Numbered from the whole stretch's first letter, positions 35,201-46,534 are shown. The stretch is DNA of 63,245 bases, filler included, from Craspedostauros australis (GCA_030167865.1; 17 parts of 17 records of this genome joined end to end with filler, not necessarily neighbours in it), one strand, 5' to 3'. Notes: a model not told the origin generated them from the letters alone. A program made the numbers and translations.

Positions 35201-36327
35201 CCGATCAAGAGGAAGTTGCTGAGCTGCTTGTCTTGCAGCAAGGTGGTGAGAAGATCCAAGGCCACTTGGGAGCTCCACTGCATGTCATCAAGGAACATGA
35301 CGACTGGTCGCTTCCTCGTTGCGATGGCCTTGATGAATGTTCCGAACATGTACTGTAGCTTGTTCCATGCCTTGTCGCTGGAGGCCACCATCTGCTCCAC
35401 GGCATCACTTTCGAGGTTGGAGCCTGTGCGTTGGTTTCCTCCTTGGATTTGATCTCTTGTCGATGATACTGCAGATGATGGTGGTGCCGGCGATGCTCCT
35501 CCACCGGCCTTCCTTCCCTTGCTTGCCTTCTTCTCGCACAGCCCATCATCATGCGAGGACTTGGTCTCCAGCAAGGATGCGATGGATGGTACCATGGTTG
35601 CCATTGTTTGGACTTCGCCGTCCAGAGCATTGCGAATGATGTCGGTCATCCGTTGGCGTTCATCTTTGGGTCCGTTGATGACCTGTTGGCAAAAGTCGTT
35701 CAAGGTCTGAACGATGGCCGAGAATGGGTCCTTGGATCCTGTGCTTTCATCGTTCTTGCCCTGGATGAAGTATGCGCACTGCGTTGACTGTGCGTCGTTG
35801 AAGTCAGTGTTGGCGTCGACTGCTGAGTCGTCAGCATTATTGCCGTCGTCACTGGCAATGCCAAGAGACGCTGCAAACTGCTTGACGAGTCTGGATTTGC
35901 CAGTTCCGCTGAGTCCCCAAAGGAACACTGCGGGCAGTGTTGGGCCGGTGGATCGAATGCCAACGTCGCCATTTGCAGGTTGGATTGGAGCTGTTGCGGT
36001 CTCTTGAGAGACGTCATGACGATGAGTATCGTTGGCCATCGTCTCACCATCCTGATGCTTGCGTCTTTGGAGCGCTTGCCTTCCTCCCTTCCGATCGTTC
36101 TGGTTGGATCGTTCCACGATGCCATCGAATGCAGCCTTCAATTGGTCCAGCTCCTTTGATCGACCGAAGAACTGGGTGTTGCGAAAATCCAGCTTGGAGT
36201 GGATCTGCGCAGCTAACTCTGTCTCGTTGTATCCATCATCGTAAAAGTCGTTGCCGGACGTGAACGTGACCGCAGTCTGCGCCGTTGACGACAGCCTTGT
36301 GTTGTTGCTTGAGATGGACCTCGCCAT
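32221..36327 (-). CDS. Same STAND-like ATPase, allele or variant B (1368 aa)
   Basis: The contig has the same start and end sequence as the previous one, and the protein is identical except in an N-terminal block. Confidence 0.85.
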   Translation of the reverse strand: MARSISSNNTRLSSTAQTAVTFTSGNDFYDDGYNETELAAQIHSKLDFRNTQFFGRSKELDQLKAAFDGIVERSNQNDRKGGRQALQRRKHQDGETMANDTHRHDVSQETATAPIQPANGDVGIRSTGPTLPAVFLWGLSGTGKSRLVKQFAASLGIASDDGNNADDSAVDANTDFNDAQSTQCAYFIQGKNDESTGSKDPFSAIVQTLNDFCQQVINGPKDERQRMTDIIRNALDGEVQTMATMVPSIASLLETKSSHDDGLCEKKASKGRKAGGGASPAPPSSAVSSTRDQIQGGNQRTGSNLESDAVEQMVASSDKAWNKLQYMFGTFIKAIATRKRPVVMFLDDMQWSSQVALDLLTTLLQDKQLSNFLLIGAIRQEENPHTNQTLELESLSPLASMFDKLHSSQHHAEDHASPNHPQSWPKPSGAQDASAVWTDIHLTNMTQDDVGLWLSQLLDREVEELQPLTSKIYAKTEGNVFFMLQLLEELERCNAVVYSRISFQWEWHIPDDASLGSNDLSMSQDGDKQLRARTFASAGNVVQLMAMKLNNQPAELRTALIIASYIRFSFDFDLLESVLREESTHKPPIDGFVFADSDTTKHDGGGGAAETLPTSGMGSMALLDQLEQAVLEGLLSNTVGSKTFRFAHDRIQQAALGLVPFGETRSKLKHRIGLHIWRLYCEQNQLPLATTPTSLSTSRSSSSDGDVRPLPTIDASLLFVAADHLNCIPTKDHLFSLQLNLEVGEQALKMAAMAPAAVYLQLAHNAFRRLRSPWEDYYDLSLRLHQLRADAELTLGHYQLGYGLGQEVLERAETIEQKLPVYSCMAAAYAREDKQNICMQLSRRAIRLLGKYPKRGYLLHVIRDLCLLKVYFAKHTDEQILALPELRDNKKKVMNKFMFQIMVCAFTGGEAVEWMMSSMKTVRMAIHHGLCPEAALGFVSFGAVQAGLGNQDMAVRLAGIANAIIRRNRDPYIKAWVDMINGLFVSGWHEPAASIIEKMHRGYPACMQQGDFETAFFCWQCGNTVASGEGYPVQEMEQSYKSMFEQMALFKVSSQINWSKQHGNVPAILLGKNKIDWDEVAHFGGGVTKTLETAFVLLAGYLARILLATYFQRFDAMLPLFERLNKDASDDPGYHYQSARFLYVGLMAASLYRDTKRSKFKRLLKTTYKNSKSAWTTRGECHKNRHLIIRAEYIAATSKQGDKTSIDAVKAAFRDAIYVSSEVGHVHEAGLACERFANYLILLKMDADATKYMTQACTYYHRWGATAKVDDLLQRHSRYIDQAQVGRLIKIQEPLSDIATLPPYLRATTNRLQLHFGTDVQSVMVGSVGRKQSTARSLTHTVEARYTRNKGTDETSQDEDVSILTDHE

Positions 36328-37384
36328 GGCCAGCAGGTTCGATGGAATAGTGCTTAGAGTATTATTCTAAACGAATAGAGTACTTTGGTACTCAACTCAA
36401 CTCAACTCCACTTTGCTTTTGCTTGGCTTGGCTTCTATTCCACAACAATGGAATATACTAATGCTTGCTTTTGAATTGTGCGTTATCTCCTCGTGTGTCA
36501 CTTTTGGCGGCGGCGATGGGCTGACAGGGATGGGTTGCTGTTGTGATGGTGTTATTTGGTGGAAACGCAGTGGTGTCGCGTTTGTAGTGACGTTGTCAGG
36601 GTTTGTGAACCAAACAGAAGAGACGCTTCCCACGATGTCGCAGAGAGGCGTTTTTGTGAAGGACACCNNNNNNNNNNNNNNNNNNNNNNNNNNNNNNNNN
36701 NNNNNNNNNNNTTAATTAATTAANNNNNNNNNNNNNNNNNNNNNNNNNNNNNNNNNNNNNNNNNNNNTTGTGGGGATGTTCTTGCTCCCGTTCCTCGATT
36801 TGTGAGATAGAGAAGAGAATGCGGATGATTGACGTGGGCAGTGGGCAACGACAGTTGTCCAGAAGAAGCAACGCAGTACCGGCAGCATGCAGATCATGAA
36901 AGCGAGAAGATCACGTGTTGCCGTGGTTCATCCCCGCACATCGTTACTCCTCCTCGTCGCCACAATGGTGACCCTCGCAACTGCATACGCCAACTTCCGC
37001 GAGAACCTCAGATCTTGCGTTGTTCTGTTTCGTTCGTTCTCTCGCTGGGAGAGGAGACAAAAGCGTGCGCACTGAGAATGATGCGAGACAGAAGACATAC
37101 GCCACCGCCCACAGCTCGTTGAAGCGATTTGAGGGTGGCGCGGACAGGAGAGAATGCGAGGACAACCTCGTCGAACGCAACTGTACCTTGTCAGGGTCTG
37201 GGGTGAGATTTATGGTTCTTCCTCTCGGTGGCGGCACTGACGAACAACAGCGAAAAAATGTTGCGTTGAAGGTATCCGGGACTTGGGATTTGGAGTATGA
37301 TCAGTAGTGAGTGATTCTGGAATGTATTATATCAATAAATACGGCGTTTGCCGAAACTTTGGGACATTCATTTCGTGCTCCTCC

Positions 37385-38836
37385 TCAAGTTTGCACCCTC
37401 TTCACACGGAGCTTGGTGTTGGTGTATTTCAATGTCATGAAATAATCCAGCTTGCCCTCCTCCACCAATTCGAACTCGTACCTCGACAAGATGCTTGGCA
37501 ACACCGAGTAGAGCTCAGCAACGGCCAACGACTGGCCGGGGCAGGCGCGTTTGCCCAGGGCGAATGGAATAACACTCTGCACCATTTCCTTGGTCGGATT
37601 CTCCCATCGACCAGGTTTGAACTGAGTAGCATCTTCGAACACCATCTTGTCTCGGTGAGACAAAATCTGCGGAAGCAAGACAGCGGCACCCTTCGGCACC
37701 TTGACCTTGCGATTAGACGGTTCATCAACCAAGATGAAGTCACGATTGACACGACGGATGGGATTTATTCCACTAACAGGGAGCACTCGCTGGGATTCGG
37801 TGATCACTCGCTTGAGATGATCCTTGGATTGTTCCGGATCGCCCTGCAACAACGATTGCTGCAGCTCCTTCATCTCCTTGGGGTGCTTTGCAAGCATCAT
37901 GAGAGTGTTGGCAAGTGTGTATCCCGTCGTATCGAAACCGCCGATAGCCAAGGAAAGGAGCTCCGCAACCTTCTCTTTCTCGGACATGCTGTACGGATTG
38001 GACTCCACCATCTTAATCAACGTATTGTGTTCCGATTTGTTGGGATTCTCGCGATAGGCTGTCAAGATCTTCTTCATGAAATCATGCAAAGCGGAGCAGC
38101 ATTTGCGCGCCACCCAGACCTCTGGGATCATGAAGCTGAATGCCTTCCGCAAGGGATTGACGGCTTGGCGGAAGAAGAACTCACGTGCACCCACTTCGAA
38201 GTTGGATGTGAAGAAGTGGAAATCTTCGGGAGTCGATTCGTACTCCAAGGCTGCTTCCATGATGGATTTGAACACGATCTTTGGCAACTCGATGGATGGA
38301 TCGAACGTGGCGTCGGTGTCTGCCAGCTTCTCGAGGAAGTCGGTTTCCCACTGCTTGACGTACTTCGTGCAGATGGAATTCATTCGATTGACTTCCGAAG
38401 AAGAAAGCGAGTGCAAGATGGCTTTCCTCATTTGCTTCGTACGTGGGTCGGTTGCAGAGCGCATGGACATCTGCTTGTGTCCAAGCAAGGTATCGACACC
38501 TGCGAATAGTTGCAACGGCTTGTCAGCCGTCTTGTCGAGCAGAACTTCACGTTGATCCTTCGCGGAGCAGAGGACATACATACCACCAGGGATGGGGATG
38601 TTGTGCTGGAAGATGGACGATCCCAAAGATTCTCGAAGTTGGAGATGCCACCATGGCGATTCGGATGAAGCAAACATCTTGATAGACTCCATGATCCCAA
38701 CAGTAGTCTTGACCGGAGCATCCTTGGCGGGTGGTTTGTTGAAAGCGACAACCAACCATCCGATGGCAAGCGCGAGCGGGAGAAGAAGCACGGGAGCGAT
38801 GTTGTCTCGCAATGCCGTTGCAATATCGAAGTCCAT
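37385..38836 (-). CDS. Cytochrome P450 (483 aa from MDFDIA)
   Basis: N-terminal anchor, I-helix GGFDTT, ExxR (ESQR), FKPGRW, and heme motif PFALGKRACPG. Confidence 0.95.
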   Translation of the reverse strand: MDFDIATALRDNIAPVLLLPLALAIGWLVVAFNKPPAKDAPVKTTVGIMESIKMFASSESPWWHLQLRESLGSSIFQHNIPIPGGMYVLCSAKDQREVLLDKTADKPLQLFAGVDTLLGHKQMSMRSATDPRTKQMRKAILHSLSSSEVNRMNSICTKYVKQWETDFLEKLADTDATFDPSIELPKIVFKSIMEAALEYESTPEDFHFFTSNFEVGAREFFFRQAVNPLRKAFSFMIPEVWVARKCCSALHDFMKKILTAYRENPNKSEHNTLIKMVESNPYSMSEKEKVAELLSLAIGGFDTTGYTLANTLMMLAKHPKEMKELQQSLLQGDPEQSKDHLKRVITESQRVLPVSGINPIRRVNRDFILVDEPSNRKVKVPKGAAVLLPQILSHRDKMVFEDATQFKPGRWENPTKEMVQSVIPFALGKRACPGQSLAVAELYSVLPSILSRYEFELVEEGKLDYFMTLKYTNTKLRVKRVQT

Positions 38837-39043
38837 CGTGGTCGTTGTTATCGTGGTAGTAGTCGTGGTTGAGATTGTGTGGATGATCTTGCTCTTATTT
38901 CTTCTTGATGTTCGATTTATGAGATGGTGTGAAGAATGTGAATGGTTTCTGAGATGTGTGGGCGAAAGATTGGTGGCTGGAGGAAGTAGCACACTAGCGG
39001 CAGCGAGCACATCACGAAAGCCAGAACAACGCAATCTGTGATT

Positions 39044-39045
<2 letters not shown>

Positions 39046-39090
<45 letters not shown>
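39046..39090. repeat. (CT)n microsatellite
   Basis: About 22 CT units upstream of the P450. Confidence 0.95.
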
Positions 39091-39093
<3 letters not shown>

Positions 39094-40012
39094 TCGACCC
39101 TCTGATCCTCCCTCTTGTGACCAGCAATGCCAACTCGGAACTCACGCACGTCGTCAGTCTGCAAGAATTCGGATCCTTCGTTGGTCAGAGAGACAGAGAG
39201 AGGAGACAGAAGCGCGCGTACTGAGAACGACAGGGTGAATAAAACAGCTCCGCCGGACGTGAGCGACTCGGGTGAAGAAAGCACAAGACAAAGGATAATC
39301 TCGTCGAACGCAGCTGTATCCTCGCTGGTTTGGAGCCAGATTTATGGATCTTCGTCTCAGCGGTGGCGCGAAAGAGGGACGACTGAAACGCGATTTTGTA
39401 TCCAAGGTATCCAGGACTTGTCAGCGGGTGATTCGATCGAGCTACAAGAAATATATAGTTTGACGTTCCACCGCAGCTTCCAATATCGTATCAATGAGCA
39501 AGTACCCCAGTTGAATAGAACTGAGGGACACACTCATACACAAACGCAGATCTTGAATCTAGAGAGAATGAATGTGCCTTTGTTTCCATGCCATGTATGC
39601 CAACAAGAACTTGACAAGGCTCGAAGAGACCATGTTACAATGGCGGAAGTTCATAACGTAGTCTCCTTGGGAAATATACACCGCTTGAGATCATATCCAA
39701 CAACACATAGCGCAGCAGTTCAATGCATTGGTGATGATGCGTCTACAAAGTCATTGTACATTTGAAGAAACTCTCGATCCGGCCGATTTCGGGTCACCAA
39801 TGCGCAAGCAGTTAGCCAGCGAGAAAGGATAGGCGCGGGCACCATTCAGATAGGGTCGCTTCCGTTGCGATCAGCAGTCCAAGATGAATTTGTCTCTGAT
39901 CTGCAAACATTACTGCCTGCACACTAAATGTTATCGAGACTAATGCACGTCCAGCCAGAACTCGACCCTACTTCATGAGTGCTTGACATTGCGCGCTCTA
40001 ATACAATAATAC

Positions 40013-40894
40013 TCAAACCTTCGCCCTCTTCACACGGAGTTTGGTGTTGGTGTATTTCAATGTCATGAAATATTCCAGCTTGCCTTCCGCCACCAATTCG
40101 AACTCGTACTTGGACAAGATGCTTGGCAACACCGAGTAGAGCTCGGCCATTGCCAATGATTGGCCAGGGCAGTTACGTCTGCCCAAGGCAAATGGCGTAA
40201 AACTCTGTTCCATTTCCTTGGTCGGGGCTTCCCATCGACCAGGCTTGAACTGTTGAGCATCTTCGAACACCATCTCGTCTCGGTGAGCCGTGATCTGCGG
40301 AAGAAAGATCGTGGCACCCTTCGGTACCTTGACCTTGCGACTGGAAGGTTCATCCACAAAGATGAAGTCTCGACTGGCGACGCGAACGGAACTCAATGCA
40401 CCAACAGGGATCAAGCGTTTGGATTCGGTGATCACACGCTTGAGATGACCGTTGGATTGTTCCGGATCGCCCTGCAACAACGATTGCTGCAGCTCCTTCA
40501 TCTCCTTGGGGTGCTTTGCGAGTAACGTGAGAGTGTTGGCAAGTGTGTATCCCGTTGTATCAAAACCGCCGATAGCCAAGGAAAGGAGCTCCGCAATCTT
40601 CTCCTTCTCGGACATACTGTACGGATTGGACTCGACCATCTTAATCAGCGTGTTGTGTTCCGATTTGTTGGGATTCTCGCGATAGGCTTTCAAAATCTTC
40701 TTCACAAAGTCCTGTAAAGCGGAACAGGATTTGCGCGCCACCCAGACTTCTGGGATCATGAAGCTGAGTGCTTTCCGCAAAGGATTGATGGCTTGGCGAA
40801 GGATGAATTCACGTGCAGCCACTTCGAAGTTGGACGCGAAGAAGTGGAAGTCTTCGGGAGTCGATTCGTATTCGAAGGCTGCTTCCATGATGGA
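40013..40894 (-). CDS. Cytochrome P450, tandem paralog, 5' part missing
   Basis: GGFDTT, ESKR, FKPGRW, PFALGRRNCPG; colinear with 37385-38836. Confidence 0.93.
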   Translation of the reverse strand, partial: SIMEAAFEYESTPEDFHFFASNFEVAAREFILRQAINPLRKALSFMIPEVWVARKSCSALQDFVKKILKAYRENPNKSEHNTLIKMVESNPYSMSEKEKIAELLSLAIGGFDTTGYTLANTLTLLAKHPKEMKELQQSLLQGDPEQSNGHLKRVITESKRLIPVGALSSVRVASRDFIFVDEPSSRKVKVPKGATIFLPQITAHRDEMVFEDAQQFKPGRWEAPTKEMEQSFTPFALGRRNCPGQSLAMAELYSVLPSILSKYEFELVAEGKLEYFMTLKYTNTKLRVKRAKV

Positions 40895-41184
40895 NNNNNN
40901 NNNNNNNNNNNNNNNNNNNNNNNNNNNNNNNNNNNNNNTTAATTAATTAANNNNNNNNNNNNNNNNNNNNNNNNNNNNNNNNNNNNNNNNNNNNCGCTCC
41001 TTGCTCACCACGAAAACGGATGAGGAAGATGAGGACGGCGGCACCGAAAGCTCGACGGATCCGTCCTACACGGAAGACGATGTCGAGAAGAGGCCACGCA
41101 AGAACAAGGTCGCTGCGTGAGCCTACATGTGCACCAGGTGATTGCAGTCAACACATAACTCATAGAATACCATTGGCAACATGC

Positions 41185-42072
41185 TTAGATGGTTAGTTTG
41201 TTGTCATTACTGGTGCTGCTTTTGTTGTTGTTGGTGTTGCTGTTGCTGTTGCTGTTGCTGTTGATGCTGGCCTCGTTGGCTTGTTTGCAACACTCTCTCT
41301 CATTGAGAAATGTGCAGTCCACGATGTCCTGCAAGTTCTCCGAAGCTTGGTCGATGCGTCGCTCCGCAGCCTTGTCAACTTGGTCAATATGCCGCTCTAT
41401 GATCCGATCCAAATTCTCCGAAGCTTGGTCAATCCACTGCTCTGCAGCCTTGTCAACTTGGTCAATACGGCGCTCTATGATCCGATCCAAATTCTCCGAA
41501 GCTTGGTCAATCCACTGCTCCGCAGCCTTGTCAACTTGGTCAATCCACCGCTCTGCAGCCTTGTCAGCATGTGTCACTCCCTTCTCAATCAAGTTGCCAC
41601 CAACGACGGTACCAACAGCAGCAACAAACAGTGCCTTCATCACAAACTCAAAGTATTGCGAGAGAATGACTGAGCAAAGGGCTTTCCTCAAGCACTGCAC
41701 AGATGGAAGACGCATCCCTGCACTTTGCTTTAGGAAAATGACACCTGCAGCAAAAATTGCAGACACAGCTACAGCTGCGCCAGAACGACGGCCCAGCGCA
41801 AACATAGAGCCTGGTGTACCATCCTTGGCCTTGCCTTCAGCTTTGTCAGTGTGTCCACCCATGATCAACACGGGCTTCTTGGTGGTGCCACCAGCTTTGT
41901 CGGTGTGTCCACCCAGGATCCACCAGGGCTTCTTGGTGGGGTCTCCAGCTTTGATGGTGCATCCACCCATGATCAACACAGGCTTCTTGGTGAGGCTGCC
42001 TGTTGCAAAGGCAGACGTAGGCACTGCTGTGATGAGCAGCAGGGCAAGAACAACAGTGGAAACAAACTTCAT
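41185..42072 (-). CDS. Repeat-containing protein with signal peptide (295 aa)
   Basis: MKFVSTVVLALLLITAVPTSA-FAT presequence, 3x TKKP-x3-(M/L)GG repeats, two hydrophobic segments, and IDQVDKAAE.WIDQASENLDRIIER repeats. Confidence 0.6.
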   Translation of the reverse strand: MKFVSTVVLALLLITAVPTSAFATGSLTKKPVLIMGGCTIKAGDPTKKPWWILGGHTDKAGGTTKKPVLIMGGHTDKAEGKAKDGTPGSMFALGRRSGAAVAVSAIFAAGVIFLKQSAGMRLPSVQCLRKALCSVILSQYFEFVMKALFVAAVGTVVGGNLIEKGVTHADKAAERWIDQVDKAAEQWIDQASENLDRIIERRIDQVDKAAEQWIDQASENLDRIIERHIDQVDKAAERRIDQASENLQDIVDCTFLNERECCKQANEASINSNSNSNSNTNNNKSSTSNDNKLTI

Positions 42073-42873
42073 TGTTGCATGTTTGGCTTGGTGATAATGA
42101 TAGAAATGGTAATGGAAAGTGATTGTTGTGGAAGTTGAGTTTATGGTATGTTATGTCTTCTTACTTTCTTCCTTTCGTACCCCTCGAGTTTTGTTGCAAC
42201 CGCGTGCTTGTGTGTGAACGGCCGAGAGAATGGCGGAGGGAACAAGAACGGTTTGGTTTTGTGAGCGCGGGCAGCGAACCGCAAAACTTTCGCGCCATTT
42301 TCGCTCTGCGGGCGATGTTGCTGTGGCACTCGTCCTCACATTCACGCCTTGGACCTCACAACACAACACTCAATTCAACTCGATTCGATTCGACTTCCTT
42401 CAATCACAGCACACTCCTGATTCGCCACTATACCCGTATTCGGTTCTGAATGCACAACGTCCATTGTGCTGCGACCTTGTTCCAAATTTCGTCGAAGGGT
42501 CCTGGACATGACCACAGGCATACACCGACCTGCACGAATGAGGGGACCTTCGTCCCACACAAGAGTCTACATACGTACTCCACACCACGAGTACGACCTG
42601 CACAGAATGTAAAATGCAGCAAGCCAGCAAGCGATAACACTAGTTGTGGAGTTTTGTGGGTGATGAGGTTGGCTATGATTAACATTGGTTGTTCTCTATC
42701 TCTAGTCCGACTTCAGATGTCGTTATTGGATCGATCGATCCATCGATTAATCTGCCCATTGCGATGCATTGCGTTGCATGCCATTCCATTCCATCACGGG
42801 TGCACTCGCATACCACTCAGGCATGTTGTCCAACGAGTCTGGGCTCTTGATTCACACTCGATTCACACTCGAT

Positions 42874-43562
42874 TCACACTCCCTCATTCAGCTTGATCCA
42901 ATTCTGAGTATGCTTGCCAATGTCATCGGCGATCTCCTTGGCGGCGTTTGGATTGCCAGCTCGGCTCGCGGCCTTGCTCAATTCAGCGAGCTTGGATTCA
43001 TCGAGCAACCATCCCGAGACGGTTTCACCAATGACTTCCGGATTCTTGTCGAAGGCACCATAGCCACTTTCCAAAACGACGTCGACGTTGCCGGCTTCCT
43101 GTCCAGGGAGGAAGCTGTGGTTGCGATTGGAGTTGTTGGTGTTGTTGTTGATGATGGCGATGGTTCGTATCATCAGATGACGAGAATAAGATGGAGCACG
43201 TGTGTGCGTGTGCGTGTGTGTGCGTTGTGTGTTTTCGAAGACGAGCAGGCAAAGCAAAACGGGTGTGAGAGACAGACAATGGATACTTCTGCCTTCGTTC
43301 GTTTGTTCTTTCCATTCATCCACTCATTCATTCACCAATCAATTCACCAATCAATTCGCGGATTCATTCCAATAGTGGCGTACCTTGTCAACATGACGGG
43401 CAATCCAACAGAGGCGGCTTCAGCGATGGTACCTGGTCCCGCCTTCGTGACCAGCACATCCGATGCTGCCATATATTCCGCCATGTTGGTCACGAATCCC
43501 AAGCCAACCACGTTGACATTGCCAGGAGTGGCGACGGCGGCGACCAACGGACTTGTCTTGTT
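42874..43562 (-). CDS. MGD: Monogalactosyldiacylglycerol synthase (GT28), 3' part; intron at 43115-43383
   Basis: [46 protein letters not shown] is restored by removing the GTACGC...CAG intron. Confidence 0.9.
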
Positions 43563-43978
43563 NNNNNNNNNNNNNNNNNNNNNNNNNNNNNNNNNNNNNN
43601 NNNNNNTTAATTAATTAANNNNNNNNNNNNNNNNNNNNNNNNNNNNNNNNNNNNNNNNNNNNAGGTATCCATGTGTGACTTCATTGGCACATCTCGATGG
43701 CTGATGTTGCCCACCCATCGCGTGCAAGTTCGGGATTGTTCCGCCAAAGGGCGGGGTCCACGATACATCGATGCATCACAGAGGTACCCCGTTGTCGCCA
43801 CCCAATGCAACCAGCCCGAACTCTGGAGCAATGGGTGTGTGGGCAAAGCACCCGCATGTGTGGCACGACCATTCTCTTGGATCCGAAACAACACCACATC
43901 GTTTCATAAAATGCAACCTCACACAAACAACAAAGCAAAGCAACTCAAAACAACCCTTGACACCAACGAAACATCATC

Positions 43979-45492
43979 ATGGGAGGCAGATTGGAAGACG
44001 ATGAGACCGCAGTTGCATTCATCCTTGTGATTGCCGCCGGGTTGGTGACCGCCATCGGTGCTGGCGTCGTCTTCTCACCCAAGCTGGTCTCCCTTGCCAA
44101 TCGCAAGACGTTGGCCATTTCCCTTGGAGCGGCTGCCGGCGTGATGCTGTACATATCGCTTGTGGATATCTACGGCAAGGCCATCACGGGCTTTGAGGAT
44201 GAAGGCCACAGCGAGGAGGATGCCTTCATCTATGCCACGCTTGCCTTCTTCGGAGGGTGCATGCTCATGCTGGTACGTTTCCCTCTGCCTCTCCTGTATC
44301 TCTTCTTTTGTCTCAGCATCATGCTTCACACACACCACATTCCGCAATCTCTCACATCCTCACCCATTTTGAACTTCGCCTTCTCCATTCGCGCTTGCCA
44401 ATGCACTCTACACCATTGGTCTTCTGTGACTTCATATTCCATCACCTCAGTTCCTCAATTGGCTTGTCGAGAAGATGATGAATGGCCAAATGGTCACTGC
44501 CGCCGACGTGATCATGCATGCTGGCCACAACGATCCAATCATGGACGCACCTCCTTCTCCCATCCTATCATCGGCTGGTCCCATGCACTACCTGGAGCCT
44601 GATCCGGCCAAGGAGATCGACCGCATCCATGAAATGGCAAAGGAGATGGTGGATGCTGAAGAATCCGAGGAGGTCGTTTCTGCCGATGGTGCCAATCACA
44701 GAAGTGATGGAAATGAGGCTGCTCCAGGTGTGGTCCGTGTCAACCCAACCTCATCCCCCACCCATGGAAAGCAAGATGTCGAGAAAGACGATGGCTCGTC
44801 AGATACATCTGATGATTCAGCTCTCGCCGCCATCAAGGCTGATCAAAGACCATTGATGCACATGGGCTTCGTGATGGCCCTCGCAATCGGTACGCAAACA
44901 GTGACGGTCTGTTCTGCTCTGTTCTGCTCTGCTCGTGTTTGTTGGAACAGATCTCAAACTGCAAGTATAATATCATCTGGACTTGACTGTGTGGTGCACA
45001 CCAAAAGACAACTCATCGATTCTCACCGTATCATTCCACCTTCTCTGTGTATCTACTAATATTTGCGCCATTGCGTACGAACCTGTACCAATATGTATCA
45101 ATGTGCATCAATGTGCATCAATGTGTACCAATGTGTACCAATATCAATCATTACTACTCAACATTCACCAACATCTAACATGTGACGACAGCCATCCACA
45201 ACTTCCCGGAAGGCCTTGTGACCTTCGTCTCCTACGTGGATGATCCGACCGTCGGCATCGCTCTTGCCGTCGGCATTGCTGTCCACAACATCCCCGAAGG
45301 TCTGTGTGTTGCCATGCCCATCTACTATGCCACTGGACGCCGCTGGTACGCGTTCGGATGGGGGATCCTTTCCGGCGTCTCCGAACCAATCGGCGCATTG
45401 ATCGGATGGGGCATCTTCTCCAGCACCTTCTCTGGCAACGCATACGGAATCGTCTTTGGGCTGGTCAGCGGAATGATGACCGTCATCTCCAT
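43979..45492 (+). CDS. ZIP family (ZupT-like) metal transporter; introns at 44273-44450 and 44890-45191; 3' truncated
   Basis: AAGLVTAIGA, AAGVMLYISLVDI, ALAIAIHNFPEG, GIAVHNIPEG, LSGVSEPIGA. The GT-AG introns preserve the frame. Confidence 0.92.
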
Positions 45493-45613
45493 NNNNNNNN
45501 NNNNNNNNNNNNNNNNNNNNNNNNNNNNNNNNNNNNTTAATTAATTAANNNNNNNNNNNNNNNNNNNNNNNNNNNNNNNNNNNNNNNNNNNNACATCTAA
45601 GGGCATCACAGAC

Positions 45614-45822
45614 CTAAGGTATCGAGAGAAGGTCATTTATTATAACATTGGGTAGGATGAGGTGTGGAAGGGGAAAGGAGAGAAGCGTGAGATGAGAGAC
45701 TGGGCTCGTAAAGTCGATCATGCCAGCAATGGAATGCAAGGCATCCGAGTGATGGTGTACTATTGTGTACTGTAATTCAGAATCATGCATTCAGAATCAT
45801 GCATTCATGCATTCATGCTTAC
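45614..45822 (-). other. Spliceosomal-type intron in 18S rRNA (209 nt)
   Basis: TAACAG|GTAAGC...ATGACCTTCTCTCGATACCTTAG|GTCTGT. Confidence 0.93.
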
Positions 45823-45963
45823 CTGTTATTGCCCCTATCTTCCTGCATCTAATAGAATGCACGTCCCTCTAAGAAGTGTCACCCAATGAAGATTCATTCG
45901 GCACACTATTTAGCAGGCAGGGGTCTCGTTCGTTAACGGAATAAACCAGACAAATCACTTCAC

Positions 45964-46290
45964 CTGTTGTTCGTCGGAGGGGGGAGTGGAGTTTAGCATA
46001 CAGAGATTGTAGAGGGATAAAAGAAGGAGAGAGTTAGATCAGATGATTGTTTACTTCCATCGTGTCCTGACATCAAGAGATGTGCTAGACAAAAGGTCTC
46101 TCTGATCGTAAACTGAGCAACAAGAAGTTGCNNNNNNNNNNNNNNNNNNNNNNNNNNNNNNNNNNNNNNNNNNNNNNNNNNNNNNNNNNNNNNNNNNNNN
46201 NNNNNNNNNNNTTATGAGCAGAGCGGTAATATGATAATATTACCATATCGATTTCATATTGATTTCGAATAATGATGTGTATATACATAC
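45964..46290 (-). other. Spliceosomal-type intron in 18S rRNA (about 327 nt including an 80-N gap)
   Basis: TAGTTG|GTATGT...GCTAAACTCCACTCCCC...AACAACAG|GTGAAG. Confidence 0.9.
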
Positions 46291-46311
46291 CAACTAAGAA
46301 CGGCCATGCAC

Positions 46312-46534
46312 CTGTTGTGATAGTAGAGGATTAGGGGGTTCATGAGTTCGTATGGAATAGAATGGAATGAAAGATGGGGAGGAAGGAGCGAATGGGTGAG
46401 TTCATGGTTTCATTTCGAAAGAGATTCGCATCATTCCGAGCTGGAGATTGGGGGGGGGGTGCTCAACTATTCACTGTTCAGTGTCTAGTGTCTAGTGCCC
46501 AGTGCCCAGTGCCTAGTGTTCACTATTTACTTAC
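46312..46534 (-). other. Spliceosomal-type intron in 18S rRNA (223 nt)
   Basis: TTGGTG|GTAAGT...CCCTAATCCTCTACTATCACAACAG|GTGCAT, with a CTAAT branch-site match. Confidence 0.93.

Noticed and set aside
27515..36667. Tandem duplication of the ATPase gene (likewise 47389-51561)
   Set aside because: The copies have identical contig ends and are split by spacers, so they are alternative bubble paths, not demonstrated tandem copies.
38837..39145. N-terminal extension of the P450 ORF with an ER-repeat
   Set aside because: Read-through of a (GA)n microsatellite and 5' UTR; the true start is most likely ATG at 38836, before the membrane anchor.
41189..42094. 301-aa antisense ORF fully overlapping the repeat protein
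   Set aside because: Mirror of a repetitive sense frame. The same applies to 37307-38509 opposite the P450 and to the alternate-frame ORF 12806-14149.
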